IMG/VR virus record: IMGVR_UViG_2675903433_000022
Length of the DNA stretch: 64,000 nucleotides
DNA from: a virus
Taxonomy: Duplodnaviria > Heunggongvirae > Uroviricota > Caudoviricetes
Strand: one strand, 5' to 3'
In this document: one piece after another, positions 37,301-46,276 of the stretch
Layout: each line of letters begins with the position of its first letter
Position numbering within the stretch: position 1 is the stretch's first letter
Position numbers and translations under genes: made by a program
Notes under the pieces: model-generated
What the model saw: only the letters and a program-made list of their open reading frames with translations
Database searches by the model: none
Told to the model about the DNA's origin: nothing

Positions 37301-38914
37301 AAGGAACAGGCAGCGCAACAGAAACTGGCAGCCGGATACCAGAAGGCTCTGGACAAAGCCGATCAGCTTATGGGGCAAATGGGTGAAAGCTCTAAGGCTA
37401 CGGTATCGTTTGATCAGTCTCTTCGCGATACAACGAAATCGCTGACAGATTTGGCTAATGCGGTTCCTAACGAGTTCATCACTCAAGAGATGATCGACAA
37501 GGCGAAAAAACGTCTTGAGGACCTCAAAAATGCGACACCTGAATATCGCGAGATGTTTAATCGCCGCAATGTTGAGCAGATGATCTCCACTTGGGCACCG
37601 GAGGCGGATTCCATTATTAGTGCTGGCTATACGCCGTCTCGTGAAGAGAAAGTTGCTGATTTCGAAGACACCTACAACCGCAATCTTAAAGCGTTGATAG
37701 AACTTCGTGATAAGGCGTCTGATCCTAAAGTCGTGGCGCTTTATACAAAGAAAATCAATCAACTTATTGCTGCTGGCAATACCGCGCTTATTAAAGAGAC
37801 GGGGACTGCGACGCAGAAGTTGGCACTGGAATACGAAAACCTGGCAGAGCAGATCGAAAGCACCTGGACTGATTTGTTTAGTGGCTTAACTGATGTCCTG
37901 ACTGATTTCGTTATTAACGGGAAGATGAGCTTCTCCAGCCTATCTCAGTCCATTTTGAAAGATATCACCAATATGGTCGTGAAGTCGCAGATCACGCTGC
38001 CTCTAATGAACATGTTGGGGATGGGAACCACCGCAGCTGGTAGTTCACAGAGTGATAATTTGCTGACCGGGGTTGCTTCCGCCGTTGCCAATCAAGGTGT
38101 ACGAATGGGTAACACTGTTAACGGCGACAAATCAGTAGGAGAAGCAACGAAGGAGACGTCCAGTTCGGTAACTGGATTGGGGCAAACAACACAGCAGACC
38201 ACCAGCGCAATTGGCACAGCAACAAATGCGATTGGTAGCTGGGTATCAGGGCTATTTGATAGCACTGAAGCCAAAGATGCTGAGACAAAAGCAGTGAAGG
38301 ATTCCATCTTCTCGATGCAGAACCTCAGCTCTGTTACCGGCGCGCTGTCTGCCGCGTTTGCAATGCTTGGAGCTAATGCTTCCGGCTCTGGTAATAAGTG
38401 GTTGAGTTTTGGAGCAACGGTTGCATCTGGTCTTGTTTCAGCTTGGGCTGGCGGTGGTTTCGACAGCGTGACATCAAGCTCTGCTAAAACCGCAACCAGC
38501 AGTGTGGCTGACGGAACTAAAGGTATTCCTGCAATCCCGAAGTTTGCAAATGGAGGAATATTCGGAAAAGACGGCGTGATCCCGCTCCGGGCATACCAGA
38601 AAGGCGGTATTGCTAACTCACCTCAATTGGCGTTGTTTGGGGAAGGTTCTATGAATGAGGCGTATGTTCCATTGCCTGATGGTCGAACAATCCCTGTAAC
38701 GCTCAGTACCGATGGTATGAGTGGAGGAGGAAATGTTCTTTCTCCGGTATCAATTGAGATCAACGTCCATAGTGACGGTAGCACAACTGAATCCGGCGAT
38801 ACAGAAAGCATATGGAACAATGCCGCTCAACGGATGAAAGCAATCGCGCTTGAGACTATCGCTCAAGAGAAACGCCCTGGCGGATCACTCAACCCAAACA
38901 CTCAACGTAACTAA
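34361..38914 (+). CDS. Tail tape-measure protein
   Basis: About 1520 aa, helical N-terminal half, Gly/Ala-rich hydrophobic middle; alternative TTG start at 34340. Confidence 0.85.
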   Translation: MSQNVEFILSLEDKQFTASIDRAGKLLTRFGEQVTKPAQKIQTFERSLGSVARITGVLESKLDSTADKLQDVAAGFELASDATRKMRGNITSLNSGLKALIERVDTTTSSVDKLTASLRKVQSELNDFSDWATYASKSASRFGTEVKEASASVSGMNTRLNTTTKRLSNWGVTTSQAAEGLKKVREQMDEVIGRQQLISKPVRVRTSGSGDGGSGRRSGASGHSGKSNEGGMFSGLRGNIFLLGEIGDAARTVTDIMFGWQKPIVEAAAEMERMRVMLRGLNKEKSNPGQAAADDMKYIVDMAQNAPFAMQALTDSFVKFRSAGLDPTDGSLKALVDSVARFGGDSELLKRAAVAVQQMSGKGVVSMEELRQQLGEAVPNAMQAMADAAGITMGELTKAVASGTVEAKQALSLMFVGLRAENENAAKDMMQTYTGALAQLQTSFTLFADRVGQAGYLDSLSKGMKELASIMNSAEGISFANSLGSGLTTAIDGLRQLAQWLAKNQELVINLGKVVAAMVAFKLMRAGIMGVVGAGSQMVSTFATMATAIQTPFNLGATAVTRFNRAARMGLAPIPSLIFAIRGAITGLKGAFAGLTAFIAANPIGAAFTVATVAVAGLITYMTMLRSETSKVVDEIRKIPEAMTAAKRAQMADRAEKLEKQILADQRALKTGEGVNYVSNSAGVITHKESKADIEARLKKNQEEYQKITGTIALGDGAVAKRLAKEAAESQIEKIRAENQIFAATFVKARQEALEKIQKINDDGSLSDDEKNKLLAPLRETVNKSYLEPAQKLVDSLSSRKNATEKQIATLNDQLEKAKKDGNTEQIQKLQGSIRGYQEHLEAVAQELTQAEFERDNAAKTGKGVMSNQGTVLGLGTTDKAAQKALAQYMRNQMDSATYQRTLPDGTPMMDFEGKPIIGPKQLKTQLNLQKASSASSLEKMSDEERAAAIAALTKAREQDAAAAEKAAQRSANASQRAAKKEQAAQQKLAAGYQKALDKADQLMGQMGESSKATVSFDQSLRDTTKSLTDLANAVPNEFITQEMIDKAKKRLEDLKNATPEYREMFNRRNVEQMISTWAPEADSIISAGYTPSREEKVADFEDTYNRNLKALIELRDKASDPKVVALYTKKINQLIAAGNTALIKETGTATQKLALEYENLAEQIESTWTDLFSGLTDVLTDFVINGKMSFSSLSQSILKDITNMVVKSQITLPLMNMLGMGTTAAGSSQSDNLLTGVASAVANQGVRMGNTVNGDKSVGEATKETSSSVTGLGQTTQQTTSAIGTATNAIGSWVSGLFDSTEAKDAETKAVKDSIFSMQNLSSVTGALSAAFAMLGANASGSGNKWLSFGATVASGLVSAWAGGGFDSVTSSSAKTATSSVADGTKGIPAIPKFANGGIFGKDGVIPLRAYQKGGIANSPQLALFGEGSMNEAYVPLPDGRTIPVTLSTDGMSGGGNVLSPVSIEINVHSDGSTTESGDTESIWNNAAQRMKAIALETIAQEKRPGGSLNPNTQRN

Positions 38915-38956
38915 CTATCGACTGCCCCGGTCGGGGCAGTCTCACAAGGATGTGAG

Positions 38957-39292
38957 ATGGAAAGACAAACGTTTAATTGGTATCCAGATTACGAATCTGA
39001 AAAAAGCGTAAAACCGAATGTAACTGTACTTAATTTTGGTGATGACTACGAGCAGCGACAGGCTCAAGGTCTTAATCGTATTAAAGAAGAATGGTCGTTA
39101 ACCTTTACCAGATCATACAACGAAATTAATGCAATCGATGACTTCCTGACTGAGCGATCAGGCGTTGAATCGTTCTATTGGGTTAATCCAAGAGGCAAGC
39201 AGATTGTAGTTGTATGTGACAGTCATACGGTCAAGCGATATCAGGGGTACTGTGTCTTAACAGCTACATTCAGACAAGTATTTGAAGCTTAA
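38957..39292 (+). CDS. Minor tail protein (lambda M-like)
   Basis: 111 aa immediately after tape-measure gene. Confidence 0.6.
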   Translation: MERQTFNWYPDYESEKSVKPNVTVLNFGDDYEQRQAQGLNRIKEEWSLTFTRSYNEINAIDDFLTERSGVESFYWVNPRGKQIVVVCDSHTVKRYQGYCVLTATFRQVFEA

Positions 39293-39298
39293 GTATCT

Positions 39299-39324
39299 GG
39301 ATAAGTAAGTACTAATTTACTATC
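39299..39324. promoter_or_regulatory. GGATAAGTAAGTACTAATTTACTATC, late-region motif copy
   Basis: Intergenic before the L-like gene. Confidence 0.4.
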
Positions 39325-39374
39325 ATTGTGGCGCTGACAGGATGTTAGCGCCTACTTATTTCAAGGATGAAACA

Positions 39375-40073
39375 ATGGGAATTAAAGCTGATATTCAGAG
39401 CTTATCTCCCTCTGCACTCATTGAGTTGTTCGTACTGGATATGTCGAACACAACTTCAGGGGGGAAGCTATTCTTCCACGCCGGAACAAACGAACTGATG
39501 CAACCGGTCGTCTGGCAAGGGGTGACATACGAGCCGTGGCCAATCAAAGCATCAGGCTTTGACAAAACGGGCCAGGGAACGTTGCCACGTCCAAAAATTC
39601 AGGTATCGAACTTTGCCGGAACCGTCTCTGCGGAAGTTCAGGCGAACGACGATCTTGTTGGCTGCCGCATTATTCGCAAGATGACGCTGGCTCGCTTCCT
39701 CGATGCCGTTAATTTTAAAGACGGCAACCCAACAGCAGATCCAAACCAACATTTCCCGGATGAAATGTGGTTTATCGAACAGAAAACTCTCGAAACTCAT
39801 CAGGTTGTCGAGTTTGAATTGTCCAGTGTGTTCGATTTGATGGGGGTGCAACTGCCGTATCGTCAGATCATTAAAAACACCTGCCCGTGGAAATACCGAG
39901 GGCCAGAATGCGGCTATACCGGTCCATATTTCGACAAAAATAACCAGCAGACGTCTATGTCTGGTGCTGATTACTGCACAAAACGTTATGACGCCTGTAA
40001 TGCGCGTCGGAATTATTTTGCCAACGGAGTGATCCATTTTGGCGGGTTTATTGGAGCTACGCGATATGGGTAA
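39375..40073 (+). CDS. Minor tail protein (lambda L-like)
   Basis: 232 aa from MGIKADIQ; AAGGA RBS; Cys-rich C-terminus. Confidence 0.65.
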   Translation: MGIKADIQSLSPSALIELFVLDMSNTTSGGKLFFHAGTNELMQPVVWQGVTYEPWPIKASGFDKTGQGTLPRPKIQVSNFAGTVSAEVQANDDLVGCRIIRKMTLARFLDAVNFKDGNPTADPNQHFPDEMWFIEQKTLETHQVVEFELSSVFDLMGVQLPYRQIIKNTCPWKYRGPECGYTGPYFDKNNQQTSMSGADYCTKRYDACNARRNYFANGVIHFGGFIGATRYG

Positions 40074-40863
40074 TAAAGCAATCCCTGAGCTTGGCTCTGA
40101 CGTTATGCAGCAAATCTATCTCTGCGCCATAAATCGCTACCCTAATGAAGCGTGTGGCTTTCTGGTTAGAACTAATGGCGACAAATATCGCTTTATGGAA
40201 GCGCGGAATGTTTCGGAGAACCCGCAGAACACTTTTGTAATGCACGTTGACGACATTATGGCGGCAGAGGATGCGGGTGATGTTATCGCAATCTGGCATT
40301 CACATACTGATGAATCAGCAGAAGCATCTGATGTCGATCGTGCAGGCTGCGAAGCGACGGAAGTTCCGTGGATGATTCTGGCTATTCGCAAGAATGTTGA
40401 GGGAGATGCCCCTTTCCATTTTAGCGAGATGAATGTGATCACACCTGATGGTTTCGAAATGCCATACCTGGGCAGACCGTATGTATTTGGCGTATTCGAT
40501 TGCTGGATGTTGTGTCGGGATTATTTGAAGCGTGAGTTTAACGTCGAACTAAACCCGAACGCACACCTGCATATTCCATCGTGGTACACCGGCGATAACG
40601 ACATTCTCGATCAGAACTACCGTAACGAGGGATTGGTGCGTCTTGCGCCCGGAACAGAGCCTCAACGTGGGGACGTATTCTTTATCCAATACGGGAAAAT
40701 GCCTGACCACTGCGCGGTTTATATCGGCGATGGAATGATTCTTCATCACCAGATCGACCGCCTAAGTTGTCGTGCTTATTACGGCGGAATGTATCAGAAA
40801 CATACGACGCATCACTTGCGTCACAGAGACTTGCTCAAGGGAGATGAGACGTGTCTGAGTTAG
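40066..40863 (+). CDS. Tail tip assembly protein (lambda K-like: MPN/JAB plus NlpC/P60-type domains)
   Basis: HSHTDESAEASDVD (JAMM-like) and NlpC/P60-like Cys/His region; ATG overlaps the L-like stop. Confidence 0.7.
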   Translation: MGNKAIPELGSDVMQQIYLCAINRYPNEACGFLVRTNGDKYRFMEARNVSENPQNTFVMHVDDIMAAEDAGDVIAIWHSHTDESAEASDVDRAGCEATEVPWMILAIRKNVEGDAPFHFSEMNVITPDGFEMPYLGRPYVFGVFDCWMLCRDYLKREFNVELNPNAHLHIPSWYTGDNDILDQNYRNEGLVRLAPGTEPQRGDVFFIQYGKMPDHCAVYIGDGMILHHQIDRLSCRAYYGGMYQKHTTHHLRHRDLLKGDETCLS

Positions 40864-41441
40864 TTCATGTGCAGCTTGGCGGCCCTATGGCCAAACATTT
40901 TGGCCGCCACTGGCATCTAAAGGTGCGTAATACAAAACAGGCTCTGGATTTAATTGAGGCCAACAAGCCTGGGTTTAAAGCATGGATGAAGCGCAATATC
41001 AAAACCTATGACAGATACCACATCCAGATCACCAATAAACAGGGCCACAAGTGGTCTGTGGACGAGAGTGAATATCAGATGATGGGGCAGTCTGACAACA
41101 TAGCCAAAATCCGCATTACCCCTGTTCCGCGAGGAAGCGGCGGTTCTGCTTTTGGGTGGTTTCAGACGGTTGTTGGAGCAGTATTAATGGTTGCCTCGAT
41201 ATGGGTGCCCGCTCTTGCGCCTCTCGGTTTGTCACTGATGATGGGCGGTATAGCGCAAATCATATCTCCGCAAGCCACTAACGAAAGTGTGAGGCAGGCG
41301 GATAACTCGAACTCTTATTACTTTGATGGACCTCAAAACACAACAAACCAGGGGAACCCTGTACAGCTTATCTATGGCGAGGAAATTTTAGTTGGCTCAC
41401 AGGTCGTGAGTTCTTCTATCACCATCGACCAGCTTATGTAA
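40851..41441 (+). CDS. Tail assembly protein (lambda I-like)
   Basis: 196 aa with hydrophobic C-terminal half; GTG start with AAGGGAG RBS. Confidence 0.6.
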   Translation: MSELVHVQLGGPMAKHFGRHWHLKVRNTKQALDLIEANKPGFKAWMKRNIKTYDRYHIQITNKQGHKWSVDESEYQMMGQSDNIAKIRITPVPRGSGGSAFGWFQTVVGAVLMVASIWVPALAPLGLSLMMGGIAQIISPQATNESVRQADNSNSYYFDGPQNTTNQGNPVQLIYGEEILVGSQVVSSSITIDQLM

Positions 41442-41458
41442 TCAAGGATTTTTTGGAC

Positions 41459-44400
41459 ATGGAACAGTTCAAGAAGAAAAAATTACCGCTTTTTATTGCC
41501 GGTGCTGGTGGCAAGAAAAGTAAAAGCTCCAGCCGTACCCCGGTTGAAGCTGATGATACTGTCAATTCTCGTGCTATGGCAGCCATCCTCGACCTTCTTG
41601 GCGAGGGGGTTATCGGTGGCCTGGTAAATGGCGCAAAGTCGATCTTCATCGACGATTTACCGATCTTGAATGAAGATGGCTCTTCCAACTTCAGCGGTAT
41701 TACATGGGATTTTCGTGACGGCTCACAAGACCAGACGCCAATGGCTGGTTTTGATTTTGTCGAAACGCCTAAGTCCGTAAATATTCAGCTTAAAAAAACA
41801 CACGACGTTACGGTTTCAATCGATAACGATGAAGCTGATCGCGTTCGTGTCATCATGAAATTCCCCTCTTTACGTAGCGTTGATAAAAGCTCTGGCGATA
41901 CAAATGGCACTACGGTGAAGTACAAATTCCAGATCGCCAACGGAGACGCAACATTTTCTGATGTAGTGGCAGAAGGTGAGAAAAGCGTTGATATCACGCT
42001 AACGGCAAAGAAAACCGGCGTGTATTACCGTAGCTATGAGCTGAAACTACCTAAGCCTGGTCGTGCATACAAGGTTAGGGTGATTCGTCTTACAGATGAT
42101 AACAGTAGCCAGTACCTCTACAACGACACATGGGTTGATTCCATAGGTGAGATTGTCGACACGCCAATGAACTACCCTAACTCTGCTCTTGTTGGCTTGA
42201 AGGTCAATTCAGAGCAGTTTGGTAGCACAATGCCTTCCCGTTCGTATTTGGTGCGCGGTATCAAAATCCGAGTACCGTCAAACTACAACGAATACACCAA
42301 TACTTATGTCGGCGTATGGGACGGTACTTTTAAGCTGTTGTCTTCTTCAAACCCTGCGTGGATTCTCTACGATTTGCTTACCAATACTCGGTATGGTCTT
42401 GGGCAATTTGTGTCGGAATCCATGATTGACCTCGGCCAGCTCTACCAGATTGGTCGATATTGTGACGAAGAGGTCGATGATGGCTTTGGGGGTAAAGAGA
42501 AACGCTTTGCAATCAATACGCAGATCACCAGTCGACAAGACGCATACCGATTAATTCAGGATATTGCCGGTGCATTCCGCGGCATGGTGTTTTGGGCTGG
42601 TGGCATGGTTAACATCATGCAGGATAGCCCATCAGATCCAGTAATGATGTTTACCAACTCCAACGTCAAAGATGGACTGTTTACCTATAAAGGTTCTGCG
42701 CGTAAAGATCGCCCATCCGTTGCGCTCGTAACCTACAACAACAAGGAGGACGGTTATAAGCAAAACATCGAGTACGTTGAAGATCAGGACGCAATGCGCC
42801 GTTATGGTGAGCGTAAAACAGAAGTCGTAGCATTTGGATGTACAAGCCGAGGCCAGGCTCACCGAGTTGGTTTGTGGCTTTTGTATACCGCCAGAATGGA
42901 GTCGGATGTAATTACATTTACTGCCGGCTTAGACGCCTCATTTCTGATGCCCGGTGAAACCGTTCTGATTCAGAACAAATATCGTGCAGGTAAACGTAAC
43001 TCCGGTCGAATTGTGGAGTTTACCAAAAACAGCATCACTCTCGATGCGCCTGTGTCGTTAGCTAAAAGCGGCAGCTTTATTCGGATATTGAATCAGGAAG
43101 GCAAAATCGTTGAGCGCGATGTTCTTGAAACTGGCGAAAACATAACAAAGGTTACGTTTTCAAAAGCTCTGTCGTCAGCGGAAACGCCTGTTTTGAACGG
43201 TGTCTGGACAATTACAGAACCAGATCTCGAACCTATGCGCGTTCGCATCGTTAACATCGCTCAGGGGGAAACGTCGGGTAGCTTTGACATCACCGCTGTT
43301 GAGAACAATCCGTCTAAATATGAGGCAATCGACAATGGTGCAACGCTTATCCCGCAGAATACGACGGTATTGGACCCGACTTACTCTAAGCCATCTAATT
43401 TGCAAATCACTGAAGGGACTTATCTCTCAAGCCCGGGCAACCTGTCAGTAAAACTGACTGCAACATGGGAAGGAAAATCTCCAGAGTATTGGATTAGTTG
43501 GCGACGTTCTGATGAAAACAATGTATCGAACTGGCAATCGGCGCGTGTAACCGAAGAGCAATACGAAATCGTTAATGTCGCGGAGAATGGACGCTACGAC
43601 TTCCAACTGTATGCGGTTTCATTCAACGGTAAAAAAACAGAGATTATCAGTACCGTTTATCAGGTGTTGGGCACAATGACACCGCCGGATGCCCCAACGT
43701 CATTAACGGCCGTTGGAGACTATCGTAATGTGATACTGAATTGGGTTAATCCAGATTCGGTAGACCTTGATCACATTAATGTTTACGCATCCCAGACCAA
43801 CAATCTGGATACAGCGAAACTGATCGCAGAGTCTGCAAGCACCACCTTTACACATGCTGGTCTTGGGGATAGCGAAACGTGGTATTACTGGGTTCGAGCA
43901 TCGAACAAGCGAGGTATGTTAAGCCCTCCGAACTCAAACTTGGGTACAGAGGCGACAACTCGCGATGTACTGTCGTTCCTGGCTGGCAAAATTACATCTT
44001 CCGAGCTTGGTCAGGCTCTGCTTGAGGACATCAACAGCAAAGCCTCTCAAGAAGCAGTTGACGAGTTAAATGAGCATATCAACCAGAGCGTCGAATCTTT
44101 GGAGGGGTCGGTAAACGACGTTAAGGAAGATATAGCTGAATTAGATAAGCAGTTCAGCGATAACCTCGCGGGTTTTGAAATAAAATTCAACGAGCGTAGC
44201 GATGCTTTGGAGAACGCACAAACCGAGCTTAAAGGTGAGGTTTCGGCAACGATCGACAAGGTCAATGAAGCGTTTGAAAAAATTGATGCTGCTGATGCTG
44301 CAATTGTTGAAATCGAAAACACCGTATCTGAACACGATAAAGCTCTCGCTAATACAGTCGAGGCAATAAAGGCTGCAAGAGACGAAGCGGCGGCTCTTAT

Positions 44401-46183
44401 TGCTAAGGAAAGCGAGGCTCGTGTAGAAGGTGATGCCGCAAACGCTAAACAACTGGAAGTGTTGCAGTCGACGGTAGAGGAAAGTTCCGCAGCCGTTGAA
44501 GAAATGAAAAAGACGGTTGCAGAGGTCGATCGTGCCAGTGCAGAACTGACTACGAACATTGAGGCGTTAGCCAAAACAAATATTGACCTGGCTCTTCGTC
44601 AAGATGAAGACCAGCACAAGCAGATGGTCAATAACGCGAAGATCGCAACAACACAGAAAACCTTTGCTGATGATATGTCTGCAATGGCCACGAAGGTTGA
44701 GGAAATTCGCGTAGAAATTGGCGAAGACATTAAGGCCAGTATTCTGGAAGAGTCCACCGCTCGTGCCGATGGCGATGAAGCGTTGGCAAAGCGTGTCACT
44801 CAGCTGCAATCTAAGTTTGAAGGAGATATCAGCGCGGCGATTAGTACAGAACAGGAGGCTCGTACATCTGCCGATGAAGCTTTGACGAAACAAATAACTC
44901 AGCTTGAGTCGAAAGTAAGCAACGATATTGTCGCAGCCATTAAGGAAGAGCAAGAAGCCCGAGCAACGGAAGATTCGGCTCTGGCAAGCCAGATCACCCA
45001 ACTTCAGGCAAAAGTTGATGATGATATTTCTGCTGCAATACGCAGTGAGCAGGAGGCGCGTGCGAGCGGAGACTCTGCGTTAGCTAAACAAATAAACCAG
45101 CTTCAAGCAAAGGTTGACGGTGATATATCCGCCGCCATCACTCAGGAGCAGGAGGCCAGAGCAAGTGCTGACGAGGCGCTCTCACGAGAAATTAACAGCC
45201 TGCGGGCGCAGACCGGAACTGACATTGCCGCAGCCGTTGCTGTAGAGACAAAGGCAAGGACTGACGCCGATAGTGCATTGTCCAGCCAGATTACATCTCT
45301 TACAGCAAAAGCTAATGATCTCGAGGCGTCTCTTGCCAAAGAAACAACGGCTCGTGCAGATGGCGATACCGCTTTAACAAAAGAGGTTTCAAGTTTAAAA
45401 GCACAGACAGCGAAAGATATTAGTGCGGCCGTTGCAGTGGAAACGCAGGCTCGAACTGATGCTGACTCGGCGCTATCGTCTCAGATCACCAAGCTGACCT
45501 CTCAATACAAAGAGGATATTAAAGCGGCTGTAGCAACCGAAACGAAAACGCGTACAGAGCAAGATGCGGCACTGGCGACTCAAATCACAAACTTAGAGTC
45601 TCAAACAGCAGCCAACATTTCTGCGGCGGTCACAACTGAAACGACAGCGAGAACGCAGGCAGATAATGCACTAAGTGGGCGAATCGATACTCTGAAAGCA
45701 GAGGTGGATGGAAATACCGCGACAATTCAACAGCAGGCAACAGCCATTGCTGATACCAACAAAAAAGTCTCAACCGCGTGGACGTTGAAAATGGAGACTT
45801 CAACGAGCGGAGGGCAGAAGTATGTTGCCGGTATTGCGCTTGGTATCGACACCACCGGTCTTTCTCAGTTTTTGGTGCAGGCGGACAGATTTGGTTTGGT
45901 CAACTCTGTTAACGGGAAGATCACCACGCCATTTGTTATCGAAAACAGTATCGCCTATATGAATGGTGCGTATATCAAGGATGGCACAATCACCAATGCA
46001 AAAGTAGGCGATCTGCAATCTACCAATTTTGTTAGCGGTAGATCTGGATGGCGGTTCGGCAAAAATGGAACGCTTGAGATCAACGGTAATAGCGGCGGCA
46101 ATGGGCGATTGGTTATAAATGGTCAGCGGATTGACGTTTATGACGATAACAACGTCCTACGAGTAAGAATTGGCCTTCTGTGA
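41459..46183 (+). CDS. Tail tip / host-specificity protein (lambda J-like) with internal coiled-coil repeat array
   Basis: About 1570 aa following M-L-K-I-like genes; fibronectin-type region; ten or so 33-aa repeats. Confidence 0.8.
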   Translation: MEQFKKKKLPLFIAGAGGKKSKSSSRTPVEADDTVNSRAMAAILDLLGEGVIGGLVNGAKSIFIDDLPILNEDGSSNFSGITWDFRDGSQDQTPMAGFDFVETPKSVNIQLKKTHDVTVSIDNDEADRVRVIMKFPSLRSVDKSSGDTNGTTVKYKFQIANGDATFSDVVAEGEKSVDITLTAKKTGVYYRSYELKLPKPGRAYKVRVIRLTDDNSSQYLYNDTWVDSIGEIVDTPMNYPNSALVGLKVNSEQFGSTMPSRSYLVRGIKIRVPSNYNEYTNTYVGVWDGTFKLLSSSNPAWILYDLLTNTRYGLGQFVSESMIDLGQLYQIGRYCDEEVDDGFGGKEKRFAINTQITSRQDAYRLIQDIAGAFRGMVFWAGGMVNIMQDSPSDPVMMFTNSNVKDGLFTYKGSARKDRPSVALVTYNNKEDGYKQNIEYVEDQDAMRRYGERKTEVVAFGCTSRGQAHRVGLWLLYTARMESDVITFTAGLDASFLMPGETVLIQNKYRAGKRNSGRIVEFTKNSITLDAPVSLAKSGSFIRILNQEGKIVERDVLETGENITKVTFSKALSSAETPVLNGVWTITEPDLEPMRVRIVNIAQGETSGSFDITAVENNPSKYEAIDNGATLIPQNTTVLDPTYSKPSNLQITEGTYLSSPGNLSVKLTATWEGKSPEYWISWRRSDENNVSNWQSARVTEEQYEIVNVAENGRYDFQLYAVSFNGKKTEIISTVYQVLGTMTPPDAPTSLTAVGDYRNVILNWVNPDSVDLDHINVYASQTNNLDTAKLIAESASTTFTHAGLGDSETWYYWVRASNKRGMLSPPNSNLGTEATTRDVLSFLAGKITSSELGQALLEDINSKASQEAVDELNEHINQSVESLEGSVNDVKEDIAELDKQFSDNLAGFEIKFNERSDALENAQTELKGEVSATIDKVNEAFEKIDAADAAIVEIENTVSEHDKALANTVEAIKAARDEAAALIAKESEARVEGDAANAKQLEVLQSTVEESSAAVEEMKKTVAEVDRASAELTTNIEALAKTNIDLALRQDEDQHKQMVNNAKIATTQKTFADDMSAMATKVEEIRVEIGEDIKASILEESTARADGDEALAKRVTQLQSKFEGDISAAISTEQEARTSADEALTKQITQLESKVSNDIVAAIKEEQEARATEDSALASQITQLQAKVDDDISAAIRSEQEARASGDSALAKQINQLQAKVDGDISAAITQEQEARASADEALSREINSLRAQTGTDIAAAVAVETKARTDADSALSSQITSLTAKANDLEASLAKETTARADGDTALTKEVSSLKAQTAKDISAAVAVETQARTDADSALSSQITKLTSQYKEDIKAAVATETKTRTEQDAALATQITNLESQTAANISAAVTTETTARTQADNALSGRIDTLKAEVDGNTATIQQQATAIADTNKKVSTAWTLKMETSTSGGQKYVAGIALGIDTTGLSQFLVQADRFGLVNSVNGKITTPFVIENSIAYMNGAYIKDGTITNAKVGDLQSTNFVSGRSGWRFGKNGTLEINGNSGGNGRLVINGQRIDVYDDNNVLRVRIGLL
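44750..45700 (+). repeat. About ten tandem ~99-bp (33-aa) repeats inside the J-like gene
   Basis: Periodic units ALxxQIxQLQAKVxxDISAAIxxEQEARASxD read in the translation. Confidence 0.5.
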
Positions 46184-46211
46184 TGGTAGAAAAAAATATT
46201 TATATCGGTAA

Positions 46212-46236
46212 AAATAAGTAGGTAATTACTTAATGG
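46212..46236. promoter_or_regulatory. AAATAAGTAGGTAATTACTTAATGG, late-region motif copy
   Basis: Intergenic before the tail-fibre gene. Confidence 0.4.
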
Positions 46237-46276
46237 TGGGCAAGAATAGCCCACCAAATCAAGGAGCATATTCAAC

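Noticed and set aside
34474-37762. Multiple antisense and out-of-frame ORFs of 65-179 aa
   Set aside because: All lie inside the tape-measure gene, whose long uninterrupted frame with typical composition takes precedence.
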